DNA of 25,896 nucleotides, taken from IMG/VR virus record IMGVR_UViG_3300037634_007128, positions 1-25,896 of that record, one strand, 5' to 3'. Each line of letters begins with the position of its first letter. Positions within the stretch are counted from its first letter, which is position 1. Position numbers and translations under genes: made by a program. This DNA comes from a virus. Taxonomy: Duplodnaviria > Caudoviricetes. The notes beneath the pieces were generated by a model. It was not told where the DNA came from. It was given only the letters and a program-made list of their open reading frames with translations, and did no database searches. Below are positions 23,739-25,896 of this stretch, one piece after another.

Positions 23739-24830
23739 TTAATTTTTAATCCCCGCAAGACGCTTCATTCGATCAACGAATAAATCATCTGTATTTTGCT
23801 GGGGCTTACGTTTGGGGATGATTGAAGATGGACGAGAAACTGCTTCGCTCAGTGATTGTGGATTTCTTCTACTGTTAGTAGATCCCACTGTGCTCTGAAG
23901 GGTTTCGTAAATTACCTTCGCTTCATCAATTGAACCTGCTTTAGAAATTGCATCGACAATTTTGTTTTTTTGTCGCTCATTCAAGGAGACACTTCTCAAT
24001 GCTCGGTTCGTGTATAATAAGCGCGCATTTGAAAGATTCACATTTTCAAGCTCATCTTTCATTTGCATTAGCGCCTGTTTTAATTCATTCATATGCTGTT
24101 TCAAAACCTTTTTTTCTTCCTGGAGGTCTTCAACAGCTTTTTCAAATTCTTCTTTTTCTTCTTTATATTGGGTCGATTGTCTGCGGGCTACCTCAACCTC
24201 TTCGGCATAATCCAATTGTGCCTGGGGAGTGCCTGCCCAACCGCCCTTTTGTGGCTGCATATCGACAACCAATTCTTCGATAAGATCCGATAGATCGAGA
24301 TCATCTAAGTCGATTTCCTCATTCTGCTCTTCTGCATCATCTTTATCTTTGCCCTCTTTGTCCTCTTTGGACTCTTCTTTGGCTGCCGTAGCATACTCAA
24401 ACAGGCCCAACAGATCTTCATCGATTTCAATTTCCTCTTCTAATCCTAGATCTAACTCACCCTCTTCTTCGGTACCGGCAAGCGGCCCAAGATCCATGGG
24501 TTCATCGACTGGCAGCTCTTCTGCCATCTTTTTAAGGTCAGCAAGATCAATTTCAATCTCTGTGGCCTCACCCTCGTCTGGGCAGGGACAGGCGTTTTCG
24601 CCTTCTAGAGCTGCGGGGGGGACATCAAGTCCTAAATCTACATCTTGGCCGGCGCCGGCGGCGGCGCCAAGAGCGGCTTCTGCGCCCAGATCTGGCTGTT
24701 CCAACAATGTGGTCATAGCTTTTTTAATTTCTGGGGCATATTTTTCAATAATTGCAGATTCTGCGTTTTTTAATGCGGCCTCTTTTAAGGCTTTTGCATC
24801 AACAATTGCTTGTTCTAACAATGAGGACAT
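23739..24830 (-). CDS. Prohead core / scaffolding protein (T4 gp22-like, 363 aa)
   Basis: Immediately upstream of the capsid gene, very acidic with a coiled-coil region, many L/I-x-E sites, C-terminal RMKRLAGI. SD AGGAG. Confidence 0.75.
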   Translation of the reverse strand: MSSLLEQAIVDAKALKEAALKNAESAIIEKYAPEIKKAMTTLLEQPDLGAEAALGAAAGAGQDVDLGLDVPPAALEGENACPCPDEGEATEIEIDLADLKKMAEELPVDEPMDLGPLAGTEEEGELDLGLEEEIEIDEDLLGLFEYATAAKEESKEDKEGKDKDDAEEQNEEIDLDDLDLSDLIEELVVDMQPQKGGWAGTPQAQLDYAEEVEVARRQSTQYKEEKEEFEKAVEDLQEEKKVLKQHMNELKQALMQMKDELENVNLSNARLLYTNRALRSVSLNERQKNKIVDAISKAGSIDEAKVIYETLQSTVGSTNSRRNPQSLSEAVSRPSSIIPKRKPQQNTDDLFVDRMKRLAGIKN

Positions 24831-24864
24831 AAAAAGTCTCCTAATAATAAAATTTCGTCACAAA

Positions 24865-24872
24865 TAAATAGT
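24865..24872 (-). promoter_or_regulatory. Putative late promoter ACTATTTA
   Basis: Motif copy 34 nt upstream of the scaffold ATG; would drive scaffold plus capsid. Confidence 0.65.
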
Positions 24873-24901
24873 AGCTATAGCGTTAAAAATCCAATTTTAT
24901 A

Positions 24902-25246
24902 TCAACCGGCTATTTCAATAACTTGTGCGACATAAATTCTCATATCTTTAACAATATTAAAAAAGCCGGCAGTTGATCTAATCTTCAACACCGCTTCACC
25001 AGAATCGTCAAAACTTGTTGCAACGTCTCGTTTTTCCGCGGCGACACATATAATTTCATCATATTCTCCATCTTCTGTTACAGTCATGGAAATATACTTG
25101 GCACCTGGATTCTCAACAGAGTCCGCGTTATTTGAGAAAAAATCAGGATCTGTGTCTGCGTGGTGTTTCTTATATTCCTCTTTTTCCAGCATTTGGAAAT
25201 TATACTGATTAACGTCGTTCTCGACTATCACTATATTAATGCTCAT
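24902..25246 (-). CDS. Hypothetical protein (114 aa)
   Basis: ORF with SD GGAG, co-oriented and tightly packed with its neighbours; no family recognised. Confidence 0.65.
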   Translation of the reverse strand: MSINIVIVENDVNQYNFQMLEKEEYKKHHADTDPDFFSNNADSVENPGAKYISMTVTEDGEYDEIICVAAEKRDVATSFDDSGEAVLKIRSTAGFFNIVKDMRIYVAQVIEIAG

Positions 25247-25263
25247 CTTTTTTGCTCCATTGT

Positions 25264-25896
25264 CTATCCAGCTTCAAGTGGCAACATTCTGTTTATTGCC
25301 ACAGAGTACCAGTCTATGTCATTACCCTGACTAGAGGTTCCGAATGTCCATGTTGCACCGTCATCATCACTATAACCAAACTTTCCAGCATTGCCAACAG
25401 CAACCCAGCTGCCAGAACCATCGGATGCAATTCCGCTCATTTGTATATTGTGGCCAGGATCTAATTCCGTCCAGCTTGCGGCGCCATCCGTACTTCGATA
25501 CAGATCTCCGCTGCCGCCGACAAACATCCATACATTTGCAGTACTGTCGCCGGCGCCACCGAATGCAACATGCTGAATATTGTTGGTAGTTCCTGTTGAA
25601 ATATCTTCCCATGTGGAACCATTATTCGTAGATCGCTTCATTTTTCCGGAGGCGCCGGCAATCACCCAAACACCATTTCCATATGCAACTCCATTAATGG
25701 CCCGCGATGAGCCCTCTTGCAAAAACTTTGAACCTGAAACTTGTGTCCAGTTGTATCTTGTGTTGCTGTGTCCAGTTAATTGGCCAAGAACCAAATCTTG
25801 ATCAACAATTCCAACCATATTGTTTCCAGCTCCATCGGTACCCATTGAATGGAGATGGCCCTTGTCGGCGGATGCATCAGAATAATCGCTGTATGA
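25264..25896 (-). CDS. Asp-box (BNR) repeat beta-propeller protein, probably virion-associated; 5' end outside the window
   Basis: Three Asp-box motifs (RSTNNGSTW, RSTDGAASW, YSDDDGATW) with VAYG/IASDG..WVAVG blades. The frame stays open upstream of 25845 to the window edge (SYSDYSDASADKGHLHS). Confidence 0.75.
   Translation of the reverse strand, partial: SYSDYSDASADKGHLHSMGTDGAGNNMVGIVDQDLVLGQLTGHSNTRYNWTQVSGSKFLQEGSSRAINGVAYGNGVWVIAGASGKMKRSTNNGSTWEDISTGTTNNIQHVAFGGAGDSTANVWMFVGGSGDLYRSTDGAASWTELDPGHNIQMSGIASDGSGSWVAVGNAGKFGYSDDDGATWTFGTSSQGNDIDWYSVAINRMLPLEAG

Noticed and set aside
24229-24867. 212-aa plus-strand ORF, and the other plus-strand ORFs (e.g. 10344-10877, 5699-6136, 12132-12548)
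   Set aside because: They are antisense shadows of well-supported minus-strand genes. Their Ser/Pro-rich composition is explained by the reverse complement of Glu/Gly codons, and no domains are recognisable.
1-25896. CRISPR arrays, tRNAs, introns, inteins or insertion sequences
   Set aside because: None were seen by eye. Intergenic gaps are at most about 150 nt with no spaced repeats or cloverleafs, and no transposase, homing endonuclease or intein motifs were recognised.

Overview
The window is a continuous minus-strand block from a large tailed dsDNA phage (myovirus) using the standard genetic code and strong Shine-Dalgarno (SD) sites. In transcription order (right to left): an Asp-box beta-propeller protein (5'-truncated), a small hypothetical, prohead scaffold, T4 gp23-like major capsid protein, a putative decoration/fibre protein, neck and tail-completion proteins (gp13/14/15-like), tail sheath, tail tube, a tail-assembly chaperone with an overlapping downstream ORF, a small inserted gene, tape measure protein, tube-initiator protein, LysM baseplate protein and a 1772-aa baseplate hub-like protein. 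These are followed by an unknown 487-aa protein, a minimal family-A DNA polymerase and a hotdog-fold thioesterase (3'-truncated). Three signals stand out. (1) The 395-aa PolA keeps all catalytic motifs but appears to lack a thumb and an exonuclease, and it is paired with the 487-aa protein behind a putative late promoter. (2) An 8-mer, ACTAWWTA, sits upstream of nine genes, three times directly after an intrinsic terminator (probable late promoter). (3) The chaperone has a candidate +1/-2 (not -1) programmed frameshift at a U7 run preceded by an SD-like site and a hairpin. All protein assignments come from motif recognition and gene order, with no database search.
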